From assembly GCA_947380175.1 (NCBI GenBank), contig CANCPZ010000003.1:1-43619 (forward strand): a stretch of DNA of 43,619 nucleotides, given 5' to 3'. Source of the stretch: Bacteroidota bacterium. GTDB taxonomy: Bacteria; Bacteroidota; Bacteroidia; 2-12-FULL-35-15. Under the pieces are notes generated by a model, which was not told the origin of the DNA, did not search any database, and saw nothing but the letters and a program-made list of their open reading frames with translations. Made by a program: the position numbers and the translations under genes. Of this stretch, positions 19,409 to 30,341 are shown piece after piece (position 1 is the stretch's first letter; each line of letters opens with the position of its first letter).

Positions 19409-20440
19409 TTAAAAACTTTTATTTTCGGGTTTCACTATCACATTTCTATTTAAAACAGCTAATAGTATTAGAGATAAAAGCCCAAGAGATAATATTAGAG
19501 CAAACTGTGCAGTCCAAACTGCCCAAGCAAAAGCAAATGCCACAGAGCTTCCTATTAAGTAAACTGTGGTTAGGATTTGTATTACTATTAACTGATATGC
19601 ACCTGTACCTCCTGGCACGGCAATAACACCAAGGCTTCCAAATACAACAATCACAACTGCACACATAATTGAAAGGTTTGCCGTTTCGCCAAAGGCTAAA
19701 AAACAAACATATACTTGAAGCACATACATCAACCAAATAGAAACTGTGTGAATAATAAAGACCAAAGGGTTGTTTACATTTTTAATACTCAACAATCCAT
19801 CCCAAAGCCCCTTAATAAAGCCTTTTGCTTTACCAGATACCAATGTTTGTATTTTTTTACGAAAGTAAAATAACACTAAAAAAAATAGTAACAGTAAAAT
19901 TCCGCCAATAATAACAACTAGCTGCTTTTGTAGCAATGAATGAATTTTTTCAGAAACAGTTGTAAATATTAAATCGTTTGCAATGCCATATATACGGTCG
20001 AATTCGATACCTAAAGTTGCAAAAAAAATAATAATTAAACACACAAGATCCAATGCGCGCTCCGAAATAACGGATCCAAAACCTTCTGTAAATGGCACAT
20101 TTTCGTATTTTGTAAGTAATCCACAACGAGTAACTTCACCTAATCGAGGCAATGCAAAGTTTGCGAGATAACCAACCATTAATGCAAAAAAAGTATTAGA
20201 TGTTTTTGGTTTGTAGCCCAATGGTTCTAAAAGCAATTTCCAGCGCATAGTCCTAAAATAATGACTCAATCCACTTATTAGAAGGGATGCAAAAATCCAA
20301 AAATAATTTGCAGTGGCCAACGAAATTTTAATGTTGGCAAACTCTTCATCTGTTGTTTTGCGTAAAGCAAGCCATATTAATAGCCCACCTAAGGATAAAA
20401 AGAAAAGAAATTTAAATATATTGAGTATTTGTTTTTTCAA
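19409..20440 (-). CDS. Lysylphosphatidylglycerol-synthase TM region / flippase-like membrane protein
   Basis: Multi-pass protein with RWKLLL, GYLANFALPRLGEVTR, ERALD and PGGTGAY. Confidence 0.85.
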   Translation of the reverse strand: MKKQILNIFKFLFFLSLGGLLIWLALRKTTDEEFANIKISLATANYFWIFASLLISGLSHYFRTMRWKLLLEPLGYKPKTSNTFFALMVGYLANFALPRLGEVTRCGLLTKYENVPFTEGFGSVISERALDLVCLIIIFFATLGIEFDRIYGIANDLIFTTVSEKIHSLLQKQLVVIIGGILLLLFFLVLFYFRKKIQTLVSGKAKGFIKGLWDGLLSIKNVNNPLVFIIHTVSIWLMYVLQVYVCFLAFGETANLSIMCAVVIVVFGSLGVIAVPGGTGAYQLIVIQILTTVYLIGSSVAFAFAWAVWTAQFALILSLGLLSLILLAVLNRNVIVKPENKSF

Positions 20441-20444
20441 AATA

Positions 20445-20795
20445 TTATCGAAGGGTATTTGTTTTTGTATCAGGAAAAATTACAACAGGTTTATGCTTTT
20501 TTGCAAGTTCAAAATCAATTGTTGCGTAGGATACAATAATAATCTCGTGTCCAGCTTGTACTTTTAATGATGCAGGCCCATTTAAACAAATCACACCGGA
20601 ACCTCGCTCACCTTTTATGGTATATGTTGTAAAACGCTCACCATTGTTATAATTAAAAATATCTACTTTCTCGTTTTCAATAAGATTAGCAGCATCCATT
20701 AAATTTTCATCAATAGTTACCGAACCAATATAATCAAGATCAGCTTGTGTAACTGTAACACGATGAATTTTTGATTTTAAAACTTCTATTTGCAT
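20445..20795 (-). CDS. panD: Aspartate 1-decarboxylase
   Basis: [18 protein letters not shown] self-cleavage site and NGERFTTY. Confidence 0.96.
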   Translation of the reverse strand: MQIEVLKSKIHRVTVTQADLDYIGSVTIDENLMDAANLIENEKVDIFNYNNGERFTTYTIKGERGSGVICLNGPASLKVQAGHEIIIVSYATIDFELAKKHKPVVIFPDTKTNTLR

Positions 20796-20855
20796 AATTA
20801 GTGTAAAGCTAAATAATTTTGTTGGAGTTAATGGAATTGAATAAGTAACATTTTT

Positions 20856-21743
20856 CTAGTACAAAATAACATTGTCTATTAGGCGTATTTCACCTAATTT
20901 TAAGGACACGCAAGCAATCGCGCTTTGGGTTTGCGAATACTCTAAAATAGGTTGTAACGTATTAACATCCACGATTTCAAAATATTCCAAATTTATTTGT
21001 GGTATACTATTAAATTCTTTTTCTACAAAAGATTTTAATTCTCCGACAGTAAGGGATTGGTATAACTCTTTAGACTTAAATAGAATTATTGAAATTACAG
21101 GGGCTAACTCCCTTTGTTCTTTACTCAACCTTGTATTTCGGGAACTCATCGCTAATCCATCAACTTCACGAACAATAGGGCATCCAATAATTTCAATTGA
21201 CATCCCAAGCTGTTTGGTCATGCTGCGAATAATGGCCAATTGTTGAAAATCTTTTTGTCCAAAATATGCTTTGTCTGGTTCAATTATTCTAAATAATTTA
21301 CTAACCACCTGTGCCACTCCATTAAAATGCCCTTTACGATAAGCTCCTTCCATTACCTTATCCAGCATCCCAAAATCAACAACCATATCCAACATCCATG
21401 TTTTGTCTTCAATTTGTTGTTGCATAAGTTTTATTTCTTCACTAGTGTAAATTTCGTTAATTTCAGGAGAAAAAACCACATCGCACCCGGCCTTTTCAAG
21501 CATAACGCAATCGGCTTGTAAGCTACGTGGGTATTTTTTTAGATCGTTTAAGTCATTAAATTGAGTTGGATTTACAAATATGCTACTAACAACAAAATCA
21601 CACTGCTGTTTAGCTTTCTCTATTAATGAAATATGCCCTTGATGCAAAGCACCCATTGTTGGAACAAAACCAACTGTTTTGCCAGAATGCTTTAAATTAG
21701 ACAAACAAATTTTTATTTGCTCAATGTAATTAAATATAATCAT
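20856..21743 (-). CDS. panC: Pantoate-beta-alanine ligase
   Basis: Motifs GFVPTMGALHQGH, SIFVNPTQF, FGQKDFQQ, GLAMSSRN and RLIDN. Confidence 0.97.
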   Translation of the reverse strand: MIIFNYIEQIKICLSNLKHSGKTVGFVPTMGALHQGHISLIEKAKQQCDFVVSSIFVNPTQFNDLNDLKKYPRSLQADCVMLEKAGCDVVFSPEINEIYTSEEIKLMQQQIEDKTWMLDMVVDFGMLDKVMEGAYRKGHFNGVAQVVSKLFRIIEPDKAYFGQKDFQQLAIIRSMTKQLGMSIEIIGCPIVREVDGLAMSSRNTRLSKEQRELAPVISIILFKSKELYQSLTVGELKSFVEKEFNSIPQINLEYFEIVDVNTLQPILEYSQTQSAIACVSLKLGEIRLIDNVILY

Positions 21744-21788
21744 TCAAATAAATTTTGTGAAGTACATAACAAAACCAACATTAACAGA

Positions 21789-21818
21789 CAAATCTAAAGA
21801 CAAAAGAGGGCAAATCTA
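21789..21818 (-). promoter_or_regulatory. Two tandem -7 elements upstream of panC
   Basis: TAGATTTG on the minus strand at 21796-21789 and at 21818-21811. Confidence 0.5.
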
Positions 21819-21828
21819 ATATTAATAC

Positions 21829-21860
21829 TTTGAAATATCGAAATTTTTTACTTACTTTTG
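21829..21860 (+). promoter_or_regulatory. Bacteroidota -33/-7 promoter for the GT5-like/DUF4270/glmS operon
   Basis: TTTG (21829-21832), a 20-nt spacer, then TACTTTTG (21853-21860). Confidence 0.7.
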
Positions 21861-21895
21861 TATCCGTTTTAATAACCTAACCTTAATTCGCCAAA

Positions 21896-22729
21896 ATGAA
21901 GAAGAAAGCTAGAGTTCTATTTGTTTCACAAGAAGTTACCCCCTATTTAGATGAAACCCCGATGAGTGTTATCGGCAGAAAATTACCGCAAGGAATACAA
22001 GAAAGAGGAAAAGAGATTAGAACATTTATGCCAAGGTTCGGCTGTATTAATGAAAGACGCAACCAATTACACGAAGTAATTCGTTTATCGGGTATGAATT
22101 TGATTATTGATAATAATGACCACCCTTTAATTATTAAAGTAGCATCTATACAAGCTGCTCGTATGCAAGTTTACTTTATTGATAATCAAGAGTATTTTGA
22201 GCGAAAACACATTTTAACTGACAAAAAAGGCGAACATTTTGCTGACAATGACGAACGCGCCATTTTCTTTTGTCGTGGTGTAATCGAAACAGTAAAAAAA
22301 TTAGGATGGGCACCCGATTTAGTTCACTTACATGGCTGGATGACTGGGTTAACTGCGTTGTATTTAAAAAAATCATTTAAAGACAATCCTCTATTTGCCG
22401 ATACAAAAATTGTGTATTCGGTTTATGACGATGAATTTCCAAATACACTGCACAAAGATTTCTCTAAAAAGGTATTGCACGAAGGAATTGAAAAAGGGGA
22501 CGTAGAATTATACAAAAATCCTACATTTGTAAATGTTTCAAAACTTGCTATTAATTTAGCTGACGGAATTATTAAGGCTAGTCCAAAAATAAACCCTGAA
22601 CTAGAAAAACATATTAAAAAAACAGGTAAACCAGTATTGGAATTCATTTCAGGCGACGAGTATATAAATGCCTATTCCGATTTTTATGATGCCGTGCTAG
22701 AAGAAGTTGTTGAAGAATTTGTTGATTAA
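21896..22729 (+). CDS. Glycogen/starch synthase-like protein (GT5 N-terminal domain only)
   Basis: RVLFVSQEVTP, EIRTFMPRFG, VYFIDN..YF, DNDERAIFF and WAPDLVHLHGW. Only 277 aa, with no KTGG motif. Confidence 0.85.
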   Translation: MKKKARVLFVSQEVTPYLDETPMSVIGRKLPQGIQERGKEIRTFMPRFGCINERRNQLHEVIRLSGMNLIIDNNDHPLIIKVASIQAARMQVYFIDNQEYFERKHILTDKKGEHFADNDERAIFFCRGVIETVKKLGWAPDLVHLHGWMTGLTALYLKKSFKDNPLFADTKIVYSVYDDEFPNTLHKDFSKKVLHEGIEKGDVELYKNPTFVNVSKLAINLADGIIKASPKINPELEKHIKKTGKPVLEFISGDEYINAYSDFYDAVLEEVVEEFVD

Positions 22730-22736
22730 TTAATTT

Positions 22737-24155
22737 ATGATTTTATACTTTAAAAAAAAACCTGCAATTTTGTCCTGTTCCATCGGGACAAAATTTTTTT
22801 TAATACTCTTATCTGGTTTGCTAACAAGCCTAGTTTCCTGCGATAAATCAAGTGTTGTTGGTTTAGATGTGCAGCCAACTAACGACTTGTTAAATGTTGG
22901 AAACACAGATACGTTAACTTTAATTACAAAAACAATACGGGTAGATTCTTTAGAAACCGACCAAACAATAATTTCGAGCGGAAAGGTTTTGTTAGGCAAA
23001 TATGTCGACCCTATTTTTGGAACAAGTACTGCTTCATTCTACACTCAAGTTAGATTATCCACGAGTATTGGCGCTACCTCATTTGGGCTTAACCCAATAT
23101 GCGATTCTATCGTCCTGGCACTATCCTATTCTTCTGAAACATCTTATGATGCAGCATCATATTATGGTAAAAAAAACAGAGTTGCTCAAAATGTTAATGT
23201 TTATCAAGTAGTTGAAGACATAAAACTAGAGAGTCATTATTCAAATGATGTGTTAAAAACATCTACTTTTGATTTGGCAAGCAACCATTCATTTGTCCCG
23301 CAACCAAATACAAATGTAACCATTGATGGAGTTGTTTTAAATCCTCAATTAAGAATCTCGCTCGATAAAACGTTTGGCCAAATTTTGCTAAATAGTCAAA
23401 GTTCTGGAAATTTAGCCACTAATGATGTTTTTTATAACTACATGAAAGGCTTATATATTACCACTGAAAACTCAACAATAAATTCGGGAGAAGGAAATAT
23501 TTTATATTTTTTAATGGGAGACCCACAATCTAAAATGACTATTTACTATCATGAAAGCGGGAACAATTCATTAAAATATTCTCAAAAATATGATTTTGGA
23601 TTAAGCAGTGTGACTCGCTTTAATCACTTTTCACACGATTACTCTTCAATAAACAGCAACCTTTCTGCACAAATAGGAACAACACCTCCTGCTCAAAATG
23701 ATTTGGTTTTTGTTCAGTCTATGGCTGGATTAAAAACAAAAATAGAAATGCCTACACTTATGAATTTGGTTAAAAACAACCAGATTTCAATAAATAAAGC
23801 GGAGTTGATTATTAAAGCAGATCCAACAACAAAATATATGCTAGATACATTTGCCGCAGCAAATTCTTTAATTGTGTTTGGAATCAATGATGATAGCACA
23901 AGTTATGTTATCCCCGACTATTATTTACCTTCGTCTGCCTATTTTGATGGCAATTACAATTCAACTATTCATGAGTATCACATTAATATGGCTAGCTACA
24001 TTCAGCAGGTTTTAATAGGTAAACGAAAAAACAACGGGTTATATTTACTAGCAGCTGGTGGAGCTATTTATGGCAATAGGGTTGTAATTGGCGGTGGTGG
24101 CAATGGAAGCCCCTATCAAATGAAATTAAATATTACATATACAAAACTACATTAA
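22737..24155 (+). CDS. DUF4270-family outer-membrane lipoprotein (probable BamH orthologue)
   Basis: Lipobox LVS-C. Motifs LLGKYVDPIFG...ASFYTQ, DSIVLAL, MKGLYI, INKAEL and KLNITYTK. Sits at the conserved position between the GT5-like gene and glmS. Confidence 0.78.
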   Translation: MILYFKKKPAILSCSIGTKFFLILLSGLLTSLVSCDKSSVVGLDVQPTNDLLNVGNTDTLTLITKTIRVDSLETDQTIISSGKVLLGKYVDPIFGTSTASFYTQVRLSTSIGATSFGLNPICDSIVLALSYSSETSYDAASYYGKKNRVAQNVNVYQVVEDIKLESHYSNDVLKTSTFDLASNHSFVPQPNTNVTIDGVVLNPQLRISLDKTFGQILLNSQSSGNLATNDVFYNYMKGLYITTENSTINSGEGNILYFLMGDPQSKMTIYYHESGNNSLKYSQKYDFGLSSVTRFNHFSHDYSSINSNLSAQIGTTPPAQNDLVFVQSMAGLKTKIEMPTLMNLVKNNQISINKAELIIKADPTTKYMLDTFAAANSLIVFGINDDSTSYVIPDYYLPSSAYFDGNYNSTIHEYHINMASYIQQVLIGKRKNNGLYLLAAGGAIYGNRVVIGGGGNGSPYQMKLNITYTKLH

Positions 24156-24167
24156 TAATTATTTAAC

Positions 24168-26009
24168 ATGTGTGGAATAGTTGCTTACATTGGTAATAAA
24201 CAAGCCTATCCTTTTCTTATTAAAGGATTACAGCGTCTTGAATACAGGGGGTATGACAGCGCAGGAATTGCTTTAATTGACAACGGAGAATTAAATGTTT
24301 ATAAATGCAAAGGCAAGGTAGCCGATCTTCACAATTTTGTTGGAAATAATAACAAAGGAGGTACAATTGGTATTGGCCACACCCGTTGGGCAACACATGG
24401 TGTACCTAATGATGTAAATGCACACCCGCATTACTCTGCTTCAAAAAACATTGTTATGATTCACAATGGAATCATTGAAAATTATGGTCCATTAAAAGAA
24501 GAATTAAAAAAGCGCGGACATGTTTTTTTGAGTGATACTGATACGGAAGTATTAATTCATTTAATTGAAGATATCCAGCAAAAAGAGAAAGTGCGTTTAG
24601 GGGAAGCGGTTAGAATAGCTCTAAATCAAGTTGTTGGGGCTTACGCGATTGTAATCCTTTCGAAAGAAAATCCAAATGAGTTATTTGCAGCAAAAAAAGG
24701 AAGCCCAATGGTTATTGGAATTGGAGATAATGAATTTTATATTGCGTCGGATGCAACACCAATAATAGAATATACAAAAAATGTTGTTTATTTAGAGGAC
24801 GAAGAGATTGCCTATATTGAACGTGGTAAAGATTTGAAAATAAAAACGATAAAAAATAAATCTAAAACACCATACGTTCAAGAGCTTGAAATGCAATTAG
24901 AAGCCTTAGAGAAAGGTGGTTACGAACATTTTATGCTGAAAGAAATATATGAACAGCCTCGTTCAATAAAAGATTGTATGAGAGGTCGTTTAAGTTCTGA
25001 AAAAGGCAGTTTGAATTTAGGTGGTATTGCAGATTATGAGCAGAAAATTGTAAATGCCAAACGTATCATTTTCATTGCCTGCGGAACTTCATGGCATGCT
25101 GCTTTGGTTGCCGAATATTTATTTGAAGAGTTAACACGTATTCCTGTTGAAGTTGAATATGCTTCTGAGTTCCGGTATCGTAACCCAATTATTTATGAGA
25201 ACGATATTGTAGTTGCAATTTCGCAATCAGGGGAAACCGCCGATACATTGGCTGCAATTGAATTAGCTAAATCTAAAGGAGCTACTATAATTGGTATTTG
25301 TAATGTAATTGGTTCATCCATTGCTCGTGCTACACATGCTGGAGCCTACACACATGCTGGACCAGAAATTGGGGTTGCATCTACAAAAGCATTTACAGCA
25401 CAAGTAACTGTTATTACCCTTATGGCATTGCAAATTGCTTATCGCAAAGGAACAATATCTGCAACTCGTTTCCACGAATTGCTAGTAGAACTAGAGGCTA
25501 TTCCAGAAAAAGTAGAACGTGTTCTTAAAACCAACGAAAAAATAAAACACATTGCAGATATTTATAAAAATGTAAGCAATGCCTTATATTTAGGTCGTGG
25601 AAATAGTTTTCCTGTGGCTTTAGAAGGTGCTTTAAAATTAAAAGAAATATCCTATATACATGCAGAAGGCTACCCTGCAGCAGAAATGAAACACGGACCA
25701 ATTGCCTTAATTGATGAAGAAATGCCCGTTTTTGTAATTGCTACCAAAGGCAATTCATACGAGAAGGTTGTTAGCAACATTCAAGAAGTAAAAGCGCGTA
25801 AAGGTAAAATTATAGCAATTGTTACCGAAGGTGATGTACAAGTAAAAGCAATGGCAGATTATACCATAGAAATTCCGGAAACAGACGAAATACTAGTTCC
25901 ACTAATTTCGGTTGTGCCTTTACAATTATTATCATACCACATTGCAGTAATGCGGGGTTGTAATGTAGATCAACCAAGGAATTTGGCAAAGTCGGTTACC
26001 GTGGAGTAG
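24168..26009 (+). CDS. glmS: Glutamine-fructose-6-phosphate transaminase
   Basis: Motifs MCGIV, RLEYRGYDSAG, GHTRWATHG, SQSGETADT and PRNLAKSVTVE. Confidence 0.98.
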   Translation: MCGIVAYIGNKQAYPFLIKGLQRLEYRGYDSAGIALIDNGELNVYKCKGKVADLHNFVGNNNKGGTIGIGHTRWATHGVPNDVNAHPHYSASKNIVMIHNGIIENYGPLKEELKKRGHVFLSDTDTEVLIHLIEDIQQKEKVRLGEAVRIALNQVVGAYAIVILSKENPNELFAAKKGSPMVIGIGDNEFYIASDATPIIEYTKNVVYLEDEEIAYIERGKDLKIKTIKNKSKTPYVQELEMQLEALEKGGYEHFMLKEIYEQPRSIKDCMRGRLSSEKGSLNLGGIADYEQKIVNAKRIIFIACGTSWHAALVAEYLFEELTRIPVEVEYASEFRYRNPIIYENDIVVAISQSGETADTLAAIELAKSKGATIIGICNVIGSSIARATHAGAYTHAGPEIGVASTKAFTAQVTVITLMALQIAYRKGTISATRFHELLVELEAIPEKVERVLKTNEKIKHIADIYKNVSNALYLGRGNSFPVALEGALKLKEISYIHAEGYPAAEMKHGPIALIDEEMPVFVIATKGNSYEKVVSNIQEVKARKGKIIAIVTEGDVQVKAMADYTIEIPETDEILVPLISVVPLQLLSYHIAVMRGCNVDQPRNLAKSVTVE

Positions 26010-26165
26010 ATGGCTTTTAAATGTTATTACAGCGAAATTTTTATTTCCCTTAGTGATATAATAGAGTTACCAACTATTAGTTGATTAAATCAGCCATTCA
26101 AATTTATTAGCATGTAGGCTATTTAAGCAGCGATATTGCGTTTATTAGCAAACTTAAAATGCTGA

Positions 26166-27857
<1,692 letters not shown>

Positions 27858-27870
27858 AACTTAAAAACAT

Positions 27871-27878
27871 TATATTTG
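27871..27878 (+). promoter_or_regulatory. -7 promoter element for the beta-barrel gene
   Basis: TATATTTG, about 90 nt upstream of the GTG start. Confidence 0.55.
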
Positions 27879-27969
27879 CTTTCAATAAAAAGTGGAGGCG
27901 AGTAACCACAAAAAACAGGGCGACATCGAAAAGCCAGATGAGTAGAAAAACGTTAAATAAATATATACT

Positions 27970-28581
27970 GTGAAAAAATCATTACTACTTATCGCTTTAT
28001 CTTTGTTTATGATTGGAGCACCAGAAATGGCAAATGCTCAAGCCGTTAAGGAAGGAACTATTTTAATAGATGCTTATTATGGTTACGGAAGTTTATACAC
28101 TGCCGCTTTTAAAGCCGCATATGCAAATTCTGGTAGCCCTTCAGGTGTAAAAGTAACAGGATTAGGACCGCTTGGTGTGCGTGGCGAATATCTGGTGACT
28201 GATAAATTAGGCTTAGGTGGGGATATTGGATTTAATAGTACAAAAGTAACTCAAGATCAACTAAATTCAAGTAATAATGTTTACAGATACACCTTTTACA
28301 CTCAAAAAATAGGTGTCATGGTTACATTTAATTATCACTTTATTACAAAAGACAATCTTGATTTTTATGGAGTATTTGGTGGAGGTTATGGATCAAGAAC
28401 CTATACATTTACCTCAACAGAGCCAAATTATAGTGAACCTACAGTAAAAGGGCTTGTTCCGATTTCAGCAAAATTAGGTTTAGGTATACGTTATTTTTTC
28501 AATGATCAAGTTGGGTTTAATATGGGTATTGGGTTTGGACAAGGTGGTATACTTAATGGTGGCTTAACTATTAAAATATAA
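27970..28581 (+). CDS. Small outer-membrane beta-barrel protein
   Basis: Signal peptide ending ANA-Q. Alternating Gly/aromatic strands (GVRGEYLV, TFNYHF, DFYGVFGGGY, GLGIRYFF, GGLTIKI). Confidence 0.8.
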   Translation: MKKSLLLIALSLFMIGAPEMANAQAVKEGTILIDAYYGYGSLYTAAFKAAYANSGSPSGVKVTGLGPLGVRGEYLVTDKLGLGGDIGFNSTKVTQDQLNSSNNVYRYTFYTQKIGVMVTFNYHFITKDNLDFYGVFGGGYGSRTYTFTSTEPNYSEPTVKGLVPISAKLGLGIRYFFNDQVGFNMGIGFGQGGILNGGLTIKI

Positions 28582-28707
28582 TAGAATCGCAATAACACTT
28601 AAATTAATAGCAAAACAAACTGAAGAACCTTTATACTTAATAATTTTAATTCTTTCGCTTCTTCATAAAAAATGGTAAAATTGCACCCATAAAATTAATT
28701 AGATACG

Positions 28708-29625
28708 TTGCTTCTCGAAAAAATAAATATTGCTGAAAACCAAACAACTTTAATGAGTAAAATTAAAGACTATGCTCAGTTTATAAAATTACGATTGGCT
28801 TCTTTGGTCGTTTTTTCGGCTGTAATAGGTTTTGTTATTGGTTCTCGAACTGAATCTACAGAAGGTTTATCTTGGTCGAAAATGCTAATCCTTATTTTAG
28901 GAGGGTTTTTAGTTACATGCTCTTCAAATGGATTTAATCAAATTATTGAGCGTAATCTAGATAAATTAATGAACCGCACAAAAACTCGCCCACTTCCACA
29001 AGAACGTATGGGTATTAATGAGTCTTTGGTTCTTGCTTCTTTAATGGGTATATCAGGTGTTTTACTGCTTTGGCTTTACATGAACCCGATGAGTGGTATA
29101 TTAAGCACGTTGGCTTTAATCTTATATACAGTGGTATATACCCCTTTAAAGCGCATTACTCCCTTTGCGGTATTTGTTGGGGCTTTCCCAGGCGCAATAC
29201 CTCCATTATTGGGATTTGTGGCTAGCACGCAAGGGTTTGGGGAAATAAAAATTCAGGCCTGGATTTTATTTATTGTTCAATTTATGTGGCAATTCCCACA
29301 CTTTTGGGCTATTGCATGGGTATTGGACGAAGATTATAAAAAGGCAGGATTTCGAATGCTTCCCTCTTTAGGAGGTAGAGACAAAAGCAGTGCTTTTCAA
29401 ATTTTAATTTATACATTATTTTTATTACCAATTAGTTTAATGCCAATTGTATTTGGTATGTCTGGTATAGTTTCAGCAATTATCATTTCGATATGTGGCA
29501 TATTTTTTTCTTTTCAAGCACATAAACTTTATAAAGAATGCACTATTGAGGCTGCTAGAAAACTAATGTTCGGTTCTTTTATCTATTTGCCTATTGTACA
29601 ATTGGCAATAATGATAGGCAAGTAA
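28708..29625 (+). CDS. ctaB: Protoheme IX farnesyltransferase (heme o synthase)
   Basis: Motifs NQIIERNLDKLMNRTKTRPLP, YTPLKR, GAIPPLLG, WQFPHFWAI and DYKKAG. An alternative ATG lies at 28753. Confidence 0.95.
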   Translation: MLLEKINIAENQTTLMSKIKDYAQFIKLRLASLVVFSAVIGFVIGSRTESTEGLSWSKMLILILGGFLVTCSSNGFNQIIERNLDKLMNRTKTRPLPQERMGINESLVLASLMGISGVLLLWLYMNPMSGILSTLALILYTVVYTPLKRITPFAVFVGAFPGAIPPLLGFVASTQGFGEIKIQAWILFIVQFMWQFPHFWAIAWVLDEDYKKAGFRMLPSLGGRDKSSAFQILIYTLFLLPISLMPIVFGMSGIVSAIIISICGIFFSFQAHKLYKECTIEAARKLMFGSFIYLPIVQLAIMIGK

Positions 29626-29667
29626 TAAACATAGTCGATTTTTAAAAAACAAGATCAAAATATAAAA

Positions 29668-30252
29668 ATGAGAACAGTAGCAGTTTTGGAGGAAAAAAGA
29701 GAAATTAGGGAAAAGGTAGGAAAACCTTTATTATGGATATCTATGGTTAGTATGGCTATGATATTTGCCGGTTTAACAAGCGCTTATGTTGTTCGTCAGC
29801 AAAAAGGAGATTGGTTGCAATTTGATTTACCGCAACTATTTTATGTAAGTACTGCAATTATTATTTTTAGCAGTGTTACTATGAACTGGACTGTTTCAGC
29901 AGCTAAAAGAAGTGATTTTAAAAACGTTAAATTAGCAGCATCAATTACATTATTACTGGGCTTATCTTTTGTGATATGTCAATTTAAAGCCTGGGGGGTA
30001 TTGGTTGAGCAAAAAATTTTTTTTACAGGAAAAGCAAGCAATGCTTCCGGTTCGTTCTTGTACATTTTAACAGGTTTACATTTATTGCATTTAGTTGGTG
30101 GAATTTTTTCATTAATCGTGGTTTGGGTAAAATCTATGGCACATAAATACAATTCCGGTAATCTTTTTGGAATAAGGCTTTGTGCCCTTTTTTGGCATTT
30201 TTTAGATGTCCTGTGGATATATTTGTTTTTATTTTTATTATTTGTTCGTTAA
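29668..30252 (+). CDS. Cytochrome c oxidase subunit III-like (short, 5-TM form)
   Basis: FAGLTSAY, LTGLHLLHLVGG and FWHFLDVLWIYLF. Confidence 0.9.
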   Translation: MRTVAVLEEKREIREKVGKPLLWISMVSMAMIFAGLTSAYVVRQQKGDWLQFDLPQLFYVSTAIIIFSSVTMNWTVSAAKRSDFKNVKLAASITLLLGLSFVICQFKAWGVLVEQKIFFTGKASNASGSFLYILTGLHLLHLVGGIFSLIVVWVKSMAHKYNSGNLFGIRLCALFWHFLDVLWIYLFLFLLFVR

Positions 30253-30304
30253 AATTACAACGAAAATTTGCATATTAGTACCCGAAAATTTAGTTCATAA
30301 CCCT

Positions 30305-30326
30305 CCTGCAAGAAGCGCAGGTTTTT
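30305..30326 (+). terminator. Short hairpin with U-tract between the two subunit III genes
   Basis: CCTGC - 7 nt - GCAGG followed by TTTTT. Confidence 0.35.
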
Positions 30327-30341
30327 AATTAGTAGAAAAGT

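Noticed and set aside
24156-24167. glmS ribozyme
   Set aside because: Only 12 nt separate glmS from the upstream gene.
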